A stretch of DNA of 63,467 nucleotides, the filler included, from Collodictyon triciliatum (lineage: Eukaryota), in the NCBI GenBank assembly GCA_043381765.1. It is 12 parts of 12 records of this genome, joined end to end, with 100 filler letters (N's around TTAATTAATTAA, not from the genome) between each part and the next. Parts side by side here need not be neighbours in the genome. Positions count along the whole stretch, not along the records: positions 36,568 to 42,571 come from JBHJMP010004790.1; positions 42,672 to 48,659 come from JBHJMP010004791.1; 10 more parts are not named here. The stretch is one strand, 5' to 3'. This document shows positions 36,900-48,659 of this stretch, in pieces. The position numbers and the translations under genes were made by a program. The notes beneath the pieces were generated by a model. It saw nothing but the letters and a program-made list of their open reading frames with translations, was not told the origin of the DNA and searched no databases. Numbering within the stretch: the stretch's first letter is position 1; each line of letters opens with the position of its first letter.

Positions 36900-38812
36900 G
36901 AAGGTTAAAAGACCTTTCTTGAGTATATTTTTAGCGCTGTTAAGTCCCTTGTCAAGAATACACTTTGTTTGCTTTCTGAGTGATTGCTTCTTTACATATG
37001 AGACAACTATACACCATCTTTTTTTTTTGATTTTCCTTTTGGTTTCATATAACCCAGTTCTTTTTCGCAGTTGCAGCACATCTTGGAGGTTCTAAATTCA
37101 TTTACATTAACTGTTTCAAAACGTTTGGATAGTATTTTTCGTAATCCTCTTCCGATTGTTGGCATAATATGTTTCATCGGAGATTTTCTGCTCCAGTCTC
37201 CTTACGCCAGTACAACATCCTCGCCAAATGCCTTTTCGATTTGGTCCATAAATAATTGTTCACTTCTTTTTTGTATTAACATACTGTCTCCATCTCATCT
37301 TTCGAAAAGTTACCTGCCCATAAAATCTGGATAATTCTATCTGGTATCTTGATTTCATAGATAAATATTCTCGAAATTTTTCATAATCGACCATGCATGA
37401 TTTATGTTTACTCGGTTCTGTCTCTAAATCGATTAAACATACTCTTGATGTCTCAAACCGCTGTTTGTCTTCAAAAGTCCTGCGACAAAAAGAAATAGCA
37501 CTTTGTAGACCTGTTGCCATATATATCCCTGAAGCATTGTACTTTTCTTTTTTTCTCGCGCAAGAGTATTTTGTGTTTTTTAAGAGATTTGCTATCATGT
37601 CTTGTTTGGTGTGCCGTGTAACGTAATATCTTACCTGTCTCATCCACCATGTAAACCAAATTAAACTTGCCAGCTGTAACAACTTTCTTTTTTGTCGCTA
37701 ATAAAGATAACTGCTCTTCGGAAAGTTCATCTATATAAACATATTATTAGGCCTTTATTGATGAATTTGAATTTTGAATTTGAAATACCTTTCTTTTCAA
37801 ACAATAATGACACCGCCAAGCTGTTTGTTTGTATCATATATTTAAAATTGTAGACTCTTTGATGAAAGGCCCTCTTCTTCATTTCAAAGAACTCATCCCA
37901 TAGGGTCTCTTTGCACCCTGATATATTCTTCAGTAATAATGTTTTTACAGATAATAGCAATATATCTATCAAACATGCAGTATCTAGAGTAATATGGCAT
38001 GGTATATTGTTCGTTCTTATAGAGATTGGTTGAAACAGTTTTGGTTCCAGTTTCCTCAAAAATGCGATTAATTTATATCATACATGGAATGTATTTGTTT
38101 GTATTGACTTTGACGTCATATTCGATACCCTTTACAATATCGCTGGGAATCATACGATTCAAATGCGTTGTAGCCCATTCTTTATATTGTTACGGTATGT
38201 CGAGATTCTTGAAGATGGCTTTTTTTAAGTTACGTAGCTCTGCCTTTTTTTAGCTTTCGTAATATTCTCATCTTTAGGAACTGTTTGATTTATAAAGCGC
38301 ATTAACCTCTTTACAGAATGTTCCTTATCTTATTATGATAAGCTGTTAACATTTGCTTCGCCAAGTACGGTAATACATGAGACAGTCCAACCAACGGAAA
38401 GTCTTCTCGGGACAAAAGGAATCGAAAATCATTGAGATAAAAAGTCATCATGTCATCTCTCATTTCTGGTTTTTTTTTTAACCTTGCGGGTCTATCTTGT
38501 GAAACTATTCCGACAGTCTTTAAAGCATACAAAAAAAAGTTTTCATCTATTGTTGGGAGTTGTTATGATTTCAATATGTAACATCTTGCAAACAGATAAG
38601 TGTCGGTAACCAAATTATGACGCAATAAAACCGTATCGTTGATCCATCCTGCACAAAATTGAAAGGAAGAATAAAAAAAAAAAAACCGTATCGTTGATTT
38701 CGTCATAATCATCCGCATTCTTTACAATCGACTTTAGAGATGTTTTCACATTTCGATAGTGTGATTTTACAGACTTTATAATCTCAGACTCAGGGCGTTT
38801 TCTTTTGTTCAT
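36900..38812 (-). pseudogene. Fanzor1 (eukaryotic TnpB-like RuvC nuclease) pseudogene with multiple stops, frameshifts and insertions
   Basis: Intronless fragments in the expected order: KTSLKSIV..INDTVLLRHNLV; HITLDTACLIDIL; FKYMIQTNSLAVSLLF; RuvC-I YIDEL..KKVVTAGKFNLVYM..LRYT; FRKMRWRQY; LA*GDWS; RuvC-II VNEFRTSKMCCNC; zinc finger; RuvC-III FLTRD(L)NSAKNI. Confidence 0.85.
38627..38698 (+). mobile_element. Severely 5'-truncated non-LTR retroposon insertion (38 bp, poly(A) tail) with 17-bp TSD, disrupting the Fanzor ORF
   Basis: TSD AAAACCGTATCGTTGAT at 38627-38643 and 38682-38698. Removing the insert plus one TSD restores the reading EINDTV-LLRHNLVTDTYLF. Confidence 0.85.
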
Positions 38813-40057
38813 CTGAAAGTCTTTGTTTTACTTTTTCCTTACAAACTAGCAATTTTTCAATTTCAATAAAACTTTAGTCAATCAATATCAATTGAATAAA
38901 TAAAAAAAACAACTGCACAAAATCAATTCATGTAAAATTAAGCATCTACCAAGACTCTAAAAATGTGCGAATTGTGGCAATCAGACACACAAAGTTTTTT
39001 TTTAGAGGTAATTTGAGACAAAACACTGAGAGCCAATTCGGCGAGTTCGAAAGGACGGCCATATAGCCATTGCGACTGAGAGTCAACATATCGGCTCCAA
39101 ACAACATGATTACCGCCACAAGTGTGGATAGTATTTCTTTTTTGAAATGCATGTTTGGTGACAGGTTTATAGGGTGGGCTCTGTCTGGGCCAAAACAAGG
39201 GCTTGTTTGTATTTTTTTGAATTTTTGATATTACATAAATGAAAAAAAATAAATTGATTACAGGAATAGAATGAGAGTACAGAGTATTTTTTTAAACTTA
39301 TTATATACTAATTATACTATTATATTATTCAGGCTGTTTCTTGGATTCACCGAAGCTCTTGCTTTTGTCAATCCAGATTTAATTCGATGGTTGTCTGTAC
39401 AATAAATTGCTACATATGTGGGTACACTTTCGTTGTATTAAAAGTGTTGTGGTTTGAAAGGGATAGAACCAATCTCGTCACAACCTTTGCAATGATGGTT
39501 ATCCATTTACAGGCTGAATGAGATAGAAGAAAAAGAATGAAAAATGAAAAATGAAAAATGAATCAGAGCAACTTATACTGAGCACTATAATCATACTGAT
39601 GTTGCTGCTCGTGGGTCGATGGCTTGAGCCTGCGGCCTTCGATTATCAATTCAACACAAATCATCTCATTCGACTTTTCTTCCTGGTACGAGAAACCAAA
39701 CGAGCGCGCTCTCTGTATCTCGATACAAAACGTATTTCTTAAGCAAGTTCTTCCCTGAGGGAGCGAGCCAATCGAAAGTTTCCAGATATGCAATACGATG
39801 TAACTTCCAAAAATAAAGCCGAGAAATTGGACAGAGAAGTATCTATATTGTAATAAATTTACTATACACTCCATGTAATCAGTACAAAATACGACTATTT
39901 TATTGAATTAGTAGCAAAATTTCTCTTCACCCGAAACATATTTATTTGAAAAGAAGGTTGGCACGTCATCCACGCCCACGCCTTCTCCCAGCCAGTCGGT
40001 CTGCAAACACCAGGAAGCCCCCAAGGGAACCCCACCCCAGGACAGATCACCGCACCC

Positions 40058-42480
40058 ATGGATCCACGCCTGCTAGGCCTCCTCAATGGTCACTCCACTA
40101 CAAAAGCTCGATCAGAACAAGCCGCACATCTTAAGGACCTAGAAAAGCTCGTTGAAGACGCAACGACTGTGCCGCTCGAGAGACGCACGTGGCTGTACCT
40201 CGCTGGACGCAGCCTCGTCTCCGTTCCGCTGGGAGTGTGGGAATTGTTAGGCCTGAAGAGGCTTTGGTTGTCCAATAACCGCCTGCTGGCCTTGGCCCCA
40301 GAGATCTCGCGCTTGACAGGCCTCAAGGAATTGAGCGTAGGTGACAACCAGCTGTCATCTCTGCCGCCAGAAATCTCGAGTTTGGTAGGAATGACTGGGC
40401 TTAATATCCACAACAACGAGCTGTCTTTTCTGCCGCCAGAAATCTCGCTACTCACGGGTCTTCAAGAACTGAATGCCTGTGCCAATAAGCTCTCATTCTT
40501 GCCTCCACAAATATCGGCATTGACCGCCCTAGTGTATCTGAGCGTGGATGGTAACCCAGTGAGTAATATACAATTTTGCTGAACAATTCCGATGGCGTGC
40601 ACATTGAGTATACGCTCTATTGGCACATGTGATGCTTCTTTATCTTTTTTTTCTTTTCACCAATATTGTCACCCACAGTTGGCGGAGCTACCCGCGCAAA
40701 TCACATCACTTGTGAACTTGAGGAAGCTCTTCATCCAAGATACCAGAGGACAGATTAATGTCAAGAGGGCACCGCGAGCCATATCCATCCTCCCGTGTTG
40801 GGCGAACACCAAAGACACCTGGGGAGAATTATCTGTAGCAGATGCCCTAAGGAAGATCCAGTTCTTTGATATTGTCAGTCTCTTATGTTTGCAACAGAAA
40901 TGTCCTATTGACGAAAAAGAGTAGCTATGCACTAAATTTTTTTGTTTCTTTGTTTTGTTTTTTTTTTTTTTTGTTTTGTTTTAAAGCAGGCTACCTTGGT
41001 TAACAAGGCCCATGAGGCTCCAAAAGTTGACAAATCCAAAATTACCCCTGTAGAGAGCACACACCCCATTCGAGAATCCCTAAATCAGATGACTACAGAA
41101 TACCAGCAGATTGACAATGTTATTATTGGGTCAAAGGTTATAGGAAAAGGTGGTCAAGGCACTGTTTTTGAAGGAACATACGCTGGAAAGCCAGTTGCCA
41201 TCAAAAAGGTAGATCCCAACAAACAGAGAGATGCAATTCAGGAAGTCTTGCTGGCCAAGAAAGTTGCACACAAAAGCATTATTGACATCCTTGGGACATT
41301 CATCAGCCAAGATAATTTTTTCTGCATTGTGATGCCGCTGGCTTCTGAATCTCTCAAAGGTTACATCGAGCGACTCGGAAGAATCAGCACGAAACAAACA
41401 ATTCTGTTTGCCACTCAGATTTGCGACGCGTTATCACACTGCATTTCGCACACACCCAAGGAACCGCTCCACCACTGCGATCTCAAAACAGAAAATATTC
41501 TGATCATAGATGGCGTGGCAAAAGTAGCCGACTTTGGTTTGGCGATCACTCGCATGAAGACCGGAATGTCCTCGCTCCCAAATGCCACCAAATATGTCCC
41601 TGATGATGTTGCAGTAGGAGGAACAGCACATTGGCAAGGCCCTGAAATCTATGACGAAGTATGCAAAAGTGAACACAGGCTGTTAAATGACGGGTCAGAT
41701 AATATCGGGTTTCGTGGAGAACGCAGCGACGTGTACGCTTTTGGTCTTGTAGTGTGGTCCATGGCGATGGGGCAATATCCTTTCACCGGGGTTTACCCAA
41801 TTGAGGTTTCCCAGAGAGTCATAAAGGGCCAGAGGCCCGAGATTTCAGTGGATGTCTCTCATGCTTTGCGGCAACTGATTCGCGCCTGCTGGTCCCAGAA
41901 TTACAAGAGTCGCCCCACATTCTCAAAAATCATGGATTACCTTACCTACGTGACCCAGAATCCCACTGCTGTACAGGTCGACCTGGAACGGCAGCTTCCT
42001 CTGCAGTATCCCCCTATCAAAGAGATGTACCACGGGGAGCTCTACGAATACCTCACTGATAAAGGGGTTGCAAAGGAGGAGGCGTGGAAGCTGACGCATC
42101 GCAGGGCGAATGGGGAGCTCCTTTTGAACAAGACGGTGGAATCGTTGATGGAGGACTACAATATTGCTCCGCTGGTTTCTCAGTTCATCGTGAGCCTGGT
42201 GCAGAATTCGCAGACAATCCATTCCCCTGTTGCCCAAACACCAAGAGGCATGCCGAGGGTAACTTCAAAGCATGTGCGAGATATGGACACCGCAGAACTG
42301 ACAGACTACCTGACAGGCAAAGCAAACCCTTTGCTGATCGAGGCTTGCAAGAACAACGAGATTGGAGGGAGAGAGTTTGTCATCCTGACAGAGCAAGACT
42401 TGAAAGAGTTGGTACCCCGGTTCGTGGGTGTGCACATCCGCGCCGCGATGAGGCTTGTTGAAGAGGCTGGTCACTCTTAG
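40058..42480 (+). CDS. LRR - TKL-type non-RD protein kinase - two SAM-like domains (exons 40058-40558, 40679-40873, 40990-42480; may extend further 5')
   Basis: LRRs LxxLPPEISxLxxL; kinase motifs GKGGQG, VAIKK, HCDLKTEN, DFG, GGTAHWQGPE, SDVYAFG; two C-terminal SAM-like repeats (ELYEYL..ANGELLL, ELTDYL..IGGREFVILTEQDLKEL); both GT-AG introns are phase 0. Confidence 0.85.
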
Positions 42481-42671
42481 GCCCGCATCATCTTCGCCAA
42501 TCATCCCTATTTCGATTTCTTTCTTGTGTTTGTTTGTCTCTCGCGATGCATGCACACGCAATATTATTAAANNNNNNNNNNNNNNNNNNNNNNNNNNNNN
42601 NNNNNNNNNNNNNNNTTAATTAATTAANNNNNNNNNNNNNNNNNNNNNNNNNNNNNNNNNNNNNNNNNNNN

Positions 42672-42768
<97 letters not shown>

Positions 42769-42898
42769 TTTATTTATTTATTTATTTTTAACTTAGTGAT
42801 TGTACAAATGTTGCCACAATTTTCAGCCTCTCACAAAGTACCCCTCAACATCCTATTTTGCGACATAGTCTCTGATTCAATCGAGGATACCACACCAG

Positions 42899-43542
42899 AA
42901 TCACTTCACTGAGGATATCCTTTGGCGACTTACCTCTGAAATGACATCGGCTCTGTATTACTTATACACAAAGTCTATCATTCATCGTGATTTGAACACA
43001 GCAAACGTATTCTTGACAAAAGGATTATCAATTAAGGTTTGACATGCCCCAAATATGAGAATAAGTATTCGAGTTTTCTTTGTATCATTTCCAATTTTTT
43101 ATTGAACAAAAGAGAGTATCCTTTCCCCATTGTATTTACTTGGGGTGTGCCAGATAGGTGATTTTGGAGTTGCCTGCATCTCACAAACCCTTGTGAAAGA
43201 TGACACTCCTGGAGCGCCCACCTTCATGGCACCAGAGCGATTTCAGAGTCACCCGTAACATAATCCACCTATGATATGATAATATATTTATTACTATGGA
43301 TTGGGCTTAGCCGACTAACACGCCTTCATAAACCTTGTATTGTTGTTTATGTTGGGATACATCTCAGCTACGATGGAAAAGCAGATGTTTGGTCGTTTGG
43401 TGTGATTATGTACTACTTGGCGTGCTTGGCTCTTCCGTTTACGGTACATATTCATTTGAATGTCTCGTATGTGTAACTGCATGATGACTCTGTATTTTTT
43501 ATACCCAAATTAGAACAAATCAGAATTCTCACACTCGATCGC

Positions 43543-43640
<98 letters not shown>

Positions 43641-44615
43641 GCATTACACAGGGCGAAAATATACTCGTGTTGACACTGGCTATTTGTGAAAAGCAGCCTG
43701 AAAAGCTCCCAGAGACCTATTCCAAGGATATGAGGGATTTTATCATGAGACTCTTGTCCAAAAACCAACAATATCGCCCCAGTATGTCTCAATGCGAATA
43801 TCCTAACATCTGTTTTGTGCTGTTCTGTGTCCCATGTCATATGCTTTGTTATTTTCCCCCTACATACACTCCTAGAACGGAACATGACAAAGTTATATGC
43901 TATGCTGTTGATTGGCTGAGGCTTTATGTCATAGAGTGAACGACACGAAACAGAATGCCAGAGACTGCGCTAAATTATTTCCTCTTGCAACTAAGATATC
44001 GACGAAGTGGTCTCCATGCTTGCGCCAGATGTCCGCGCTATGTCCGGGTATGTTTCCACATCCAAGCCGACACCTTCAAATACCACGCAAGCCAGCACTG
44101 ATTTCTCAGCATCACTATCATCGCAAACAAACCGTGACCGGTCTTACTCTACTTTTGATAGATCGAGTGTGGACTCGCAGACGGGCAGATTAAATGACGG
44201 GCGAGACAACGCTCCCTTGGCCGTAACTTTTGTTCCTATGGCACGGGCTTTATCTACCCGACCTTGAATACTTTCCTGTCATTTGATTGATTGGTTGATG
44301 GGTTGATGGGTTGATGGGTTGATCTGTTGATTGACTGCTTGGCCTCTCGCTCGTTATGGCATGTTCAGTAAAGCTTAGTGTTGCGACCATCGTGTAGCCA
44401 ACAGCTCGTAAACCCGGCCAACTCAAGCCGCCTACCATTCCACCCCACAAAGCGTGGACACAAAACACACATGGTACTTGAAATATTCATAAATACCGGT
44501 ATCATTTTAGACCAGAGTCTACCTTTTTTTTTTTTTTTTCGTCTGCTTATGAATGCGCATATATGTGTGTGTTCATATTCTGATCTGTATATTTTTCTCT
44601 CTTTTTTCATTTTCC

Positions 44616-44709
<94 letters not shown>

Positions 44710-45363
44710 TTACTATGAACAAAAAACAACTTAAAGATCGACACTCATCGGCTCTCGATCCAACTCCCACACAAGCAGCTGCCGAACAAAAAAAGCCGCT
44801 GGCAAACAGCGCCGGCACCCGACACCAGAGAGCCCGCTCGCCCGTTGTTCTTAAGACCAAAAGTAAGTGCCATTTGGTCGCTGGTAGTTGTTAGGCTTTG
44901 ACGCTTTGGGTGTTTTGAGTATTGGACATTCCATATACTAATATAAAAGAAAAGAGCCAAAGAATGATCAAACAGTAAAATTAATCGTAACCCACTTTCC
45001 AGGCCTCTTCTAAAAGGTATTTCCTTCACGCCATGGAGCTCTCGAAGGTTCCTCTATTCTACTATCCAGTTATATATACTACATCCTCCTTTTCTATATC
45101 TTTTCTTCTTTTTTAATTCTATCTTTTGCATCCTTTTATAAGGACAAAAAATCTTGTGTAAATAAAACGAAAGCGAATGCCAACAAAAACATACAACACG
45201 TGCGCGCGTACTCCAAACCATGTGCCAAATTGAACTGAGCTTGTATTTCAATCGCCGGAGCAGTTGTTTTCCTCCTTTTCCCTTCCGAGAAGCCTTCTCG
45301 AGTCAAGAATACGCCGTAGTGGCCGGCGCATTGTGGTTCAAGCGACCCCTGTCGAGCTCCTGA
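42899..45363 (+). CDS. NEK/NIMA-like Ser/Thr kinase (multi-exon, 5'-truncated; 3' end approximate)
   Basis: FTEDILWR..IIHRDLNTANVFLT..IKIGDFGVA..GAPTFMAPE..YDGKADVWSFGVIMYYLACLALPFTGEN..YSKDMRDFIMRLLSKNQQYRP. Confidence 0.8.
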
Positions 45364-45897
45364 CTCATTGGAACCCCGCCTCTGACTTGATGCTGGTGTG
45401 GTTATTCTCTTCACCTAAGTTGGTTGCCATATGGTTGGATTCACCCACACCTAATTCCACTTTCTGCTTGCCTTGATGCCATAATTACAATGGTTTGTAA
45501 AGGAATAGAGAAGCGTGTGTACATTTGCAGTATTACATAAACTCATTCCAGGAAGACACTGTTTACATTATTATAATTATTTATTATCATTGTTACAAAA
45601 CTGCGATAATAATCGTACCTGACAGAATTTCTCTGCTATCCGAACTTGTATGACGTCTCTGTTTTGGATGCATCAGCTTACCCTCGTGCCTCCTTTTCCC
45701 ATTTGCGCTGGAGGAAAAGCAACTGTTTGTATGACAAGAAATTTCGCTGTGGTGTGCCTTTTGTTCTTTCTGTGTTCTCTGAATTTCATAAGTAAGGTTA
45801 TGCTCGTAAATCCTTCGCTCCACCAACTCATCTGTGTCTACAGGAAAAATGGCCTGTATCTACATGCACAAAAAAGTATAGCTCAAATGGTATTTTC

Positions 45898-47912
45898 TTA
45901 TGCGAACGCTTGGGGCAAAAAATGCCTCTTATTTTCCTAAACAATAATAATAACAAAGCCATGTCTCTACTTTCATATAATTCTTGTCCGAGCAAAGTTT
46001 TTGGTTTTTCTGATAGCCGGTGAGTTCTTCCTCGAATGCTAGCTTCCTTCTGGGAGCTACTGGTTTATAAACCTTGGCCCCAGGTGATTGGCGGAGTGGC
46101 GTGTCTTTGTTTCTAATCCTCTCTGACCTAGTTATAAAGTGAATATATGTGAAAAAGGAGTTTAGAAAGTGATAGAAGATGCTAACTTCAAACAGTGTTT
46201 ATATGGTCTACTATTCCTTTTGAATACTTTTAAAAAAATTCATCCTTTTCTTCAAAGATTGATACATGCGATAAAGTAAAACAATCAGTATGATAATTAT
46301 GAGGGGACTCATAATTTAAACTTGCGAGGTTGCTGTACCAGAGAATATCAACCAATGGAATCTCATGCTCATCTGGCAGTCCTTCATTTTCATGAATGTC
46401 TTCCTCTGTCCATCCGACTGGTTTTGGTGTTGTACGATTGGAGCCAAACCAAGGTTGATGCTAGTAGTATACTTTAATTAGTTCATTATTCATCCGTTTA
46501 ATAAAGGTTTAATAAAATATGTACCCTCAGCGCTGTCGGAGTGAACACCCGAGATTTTGATTTCTCTGAGTCATAGTTTATTTCCAAATGTTTTACCGTG
46601 TGTGAATATTCAGAATTTCAAAAAGAAAAAAAACTTGATTACATGACATGTAATTTACATGCTACGTACGTTGTATGAGCATATCGTTTTCTTGTTGTAT
46701 TTCCATTGCCACTAGAGCTAGGAATCAAATCCGTAATTTAGAAGAGAAGTTTATGAATCTTGGAGATGAAAATTATGGTCTTGCTGGAGATGTGGAGAAT
46801 CGTCTTTTCCGTGAAATGCTAAACAAGGCAAAGGAGTAAATAATATAAAGTACCCTCTATCTCATCCAACTCTTGTCGACTTATAACGGCGCTATACGAA
46901 TCTAATTTGTCTGAAAATACATGTATTGCAAGAATGAGTTCGCTCGGAATCGAATTTTCTAGCTTTGCATGGACTGTTATGCACAATGGACTTGGGTAAT
47001 ATGCAGACCGCTATTGTTATGATGGTTGTCCATGTTGCCGGTGACACGAAAATTGGCGATGCACATATGCATAAAGTTCATTTGTGTCATGTATATAACC
47101 AAGGACTTCACCCAGCAAAGCCCGTCATAGACGAAGATGTCTAAGTAGTTAAATTATTCGGAATTATCACTATTTTATAATTCGTTGTTTTGTTTTAATG
47201 AAATGAAAATCATTTGATTCATCAAACCTTTGCTAGATTCGTCCAAATTAACATCAGCCATGAGATTCAAAAAGCCTTGAATCTTGGGTGATATAAACAG
47301 CATTTTCATAATCGATAGATTCCTTGGGAATTGCCCTCTATATTAAACATGGGAAGCGTGAAACAGGAAAAACAAATAAATAAATATTGGGTAAGAAAGC
47401 AAGAATGAAAAAAAGAATCACATATCAAACAAGGGATGGAAGAAGCAGTGCCCCATCACAACGAACAGTGATATATATAATATCCCAGCTTCATTACAAC
47501 TCCAAGATGGAGAAGAAAATCTTTGTTATGTGGTTTTTTAAAAAAGAAAATTCATCTAGGTTTGCATCGGGAAAGAAGTAAATGGTGCTTATATAACCGT
47601 TCTCTCACCCTCGGCCGCATCGGCGAAGCTTCTTGGCAAAACGCGGAAAAGAAAAGTAGTCTTCGCTGAGATTCCTAGTATGGTATGAATTAAATATTTG
47701 CCCGGGTGTTTTTTTTTTTTTTTGTATTCCAACACTCCACATTGATGCGTTGTGTTCGCTGGATTGAAATACGCATGAATGAGTTGAACAACACATTCTC
47801 GCTCACTCTGCGTTCCCTCGACCTGGTGATGAAGAAAGGAGTTGGCGGCGAACCAAATCGCATGCAGAAGTGAGCTCAAAGGACACCAAGAAAATTGGAC
47901 AAGTTTCGGCAT
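45898..47912 (-). CDS. Hypothetical multi-exon protein
   Basis: Exons from 47338 down to a stop at 45898 join in frame with canonical GT-AG introns (..DIFVYDGLCWVKSLRSAYYPSPLCITVH..HQPWFGSNRTTP..RRKLAFEEEL..QAFA*). The 5' exons are uncertain and no family was recognised. Confidence 0.55.
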
Positions 47913-48252
47913 CTTTGATCTTTTGTAAGCGTGTACACGAGTGTCGACTTGCTTTTCCCTCTTGTTTTTCATTTTGCTTCTTTGTGTTTCTTTGTGTTTC
48001 TTTGTGTTTCTTTGTGTTTGTTTATTTTTCCTTGTGTTTTTGTTTATTGTTTGTTATTTTGTTTGTTTGTGTTTCATTGTGTTTGTTTATTTTTGTTTAT
48101 TTTTTATTATTAATTTTTTTGGGTTTTTTTTTTTGGTTTTTTTGGTTTATGGCACTTTATATTTCATTCTAATATTTAAATTTAGTGAATGATGATAAAA
48201 TAAGTTTATATTTTACATGTCATTCTATATTATGGTTTATCATTTATGATTA

Positions 48253-48659
48253 ATAACCATAGATGCAACTCCAACCACAGCCGTCCTGAACAACAAAGGA
48301 GAATGGCGCTCACAACGCCCCATCTCATACGGAGCGCCGTTACCATTTTTCTTACGCCTGAAGAACCAAAGGCGGTCCATTACACCTGACTCTCCGCAAT
48401 TCTCGATGGCCATGGCGTACTCCAAGCTGTTTCGATATAAAATCATCAGTCCGAATCCCTACAAACCGGAGAAGATGAGTCGTTGGGCCGAAACTATAGG
48501 CATTATAGACCCGCCGATAGTCAAAAGCTGGAAGCAAGCCCGTATACCTCAGCTACTCCCGAAACACCGTGCCCTACTTCTCAATATCTCCAACAGAGAG
48601 CTGTGCATAGGTGCGCGTGTAGTACATGCAGCAACGACCTCTCCAGAATGCACCATGGG
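48253..48659 (+). mobile_element. Fragment of an L1/Tx1-like LINE ORF2 C-terminal region (zf-RVT), 5'-truncated and cut by the contig end
   Basis: Abrupt GC-richer intronless open frame ending WKQARIPQLLPKHRALLLNISNRELCIGARV....SPECTMG, resembling the lead-in to the LINE zinc knuckle. Confidence 0.6.

Larger units (their letters stand above)
36750..38812 (-). mobile_element. Decayed Fanzor-carrying transposon with a Helitron-like 3' terminus (5' end not located)
   Basis: Fanzor1 pseudo-ORF followed by a hairpin (36763-36780), 9 nt, CTAG (36750-36753) and a flanking T on the - strand. Confidence 0.65.

Noticed and set aside
37200-38570. In-frame TAA codons in the Fanzor frame as possible stop-codon reassignment
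   Set aside because: They occur alongside frameshifts. Host genes end in TAA (COX6A), TAG (VASP) and TGA (LARP1), and the exons traced have no internal stops.
38649-38686. Antisense retro-stub forming a GT..AG intron that could rescue the Fanzor frame
   Set aside because: Splicing out 38 nt leaves 17 extra nt, still a frameshift
36724-38910. Weak inverted similarity (TTTTTTATTTATATTCAA vs TTGAATAAATAAAAAAA) as Fanzor terminal inverted repeats
   Set aside because: Low-complexity and imperfect with no TSD; the hairpin+CTAG end is more specific
38940-39900. Short ORFs between the Fanzor relic and the LRR kinase
   Set aside because: No consistent spliced model or family on either strand
46520-46830. 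Apparent non-canonical CG acceptors and a + strand peptide (NQIRNLEEKFMNLGDENYG)
   Set aside because: A fully canonical GT-AG model on the - strand joins the exons in frame; the + strand peptide lies in its intron
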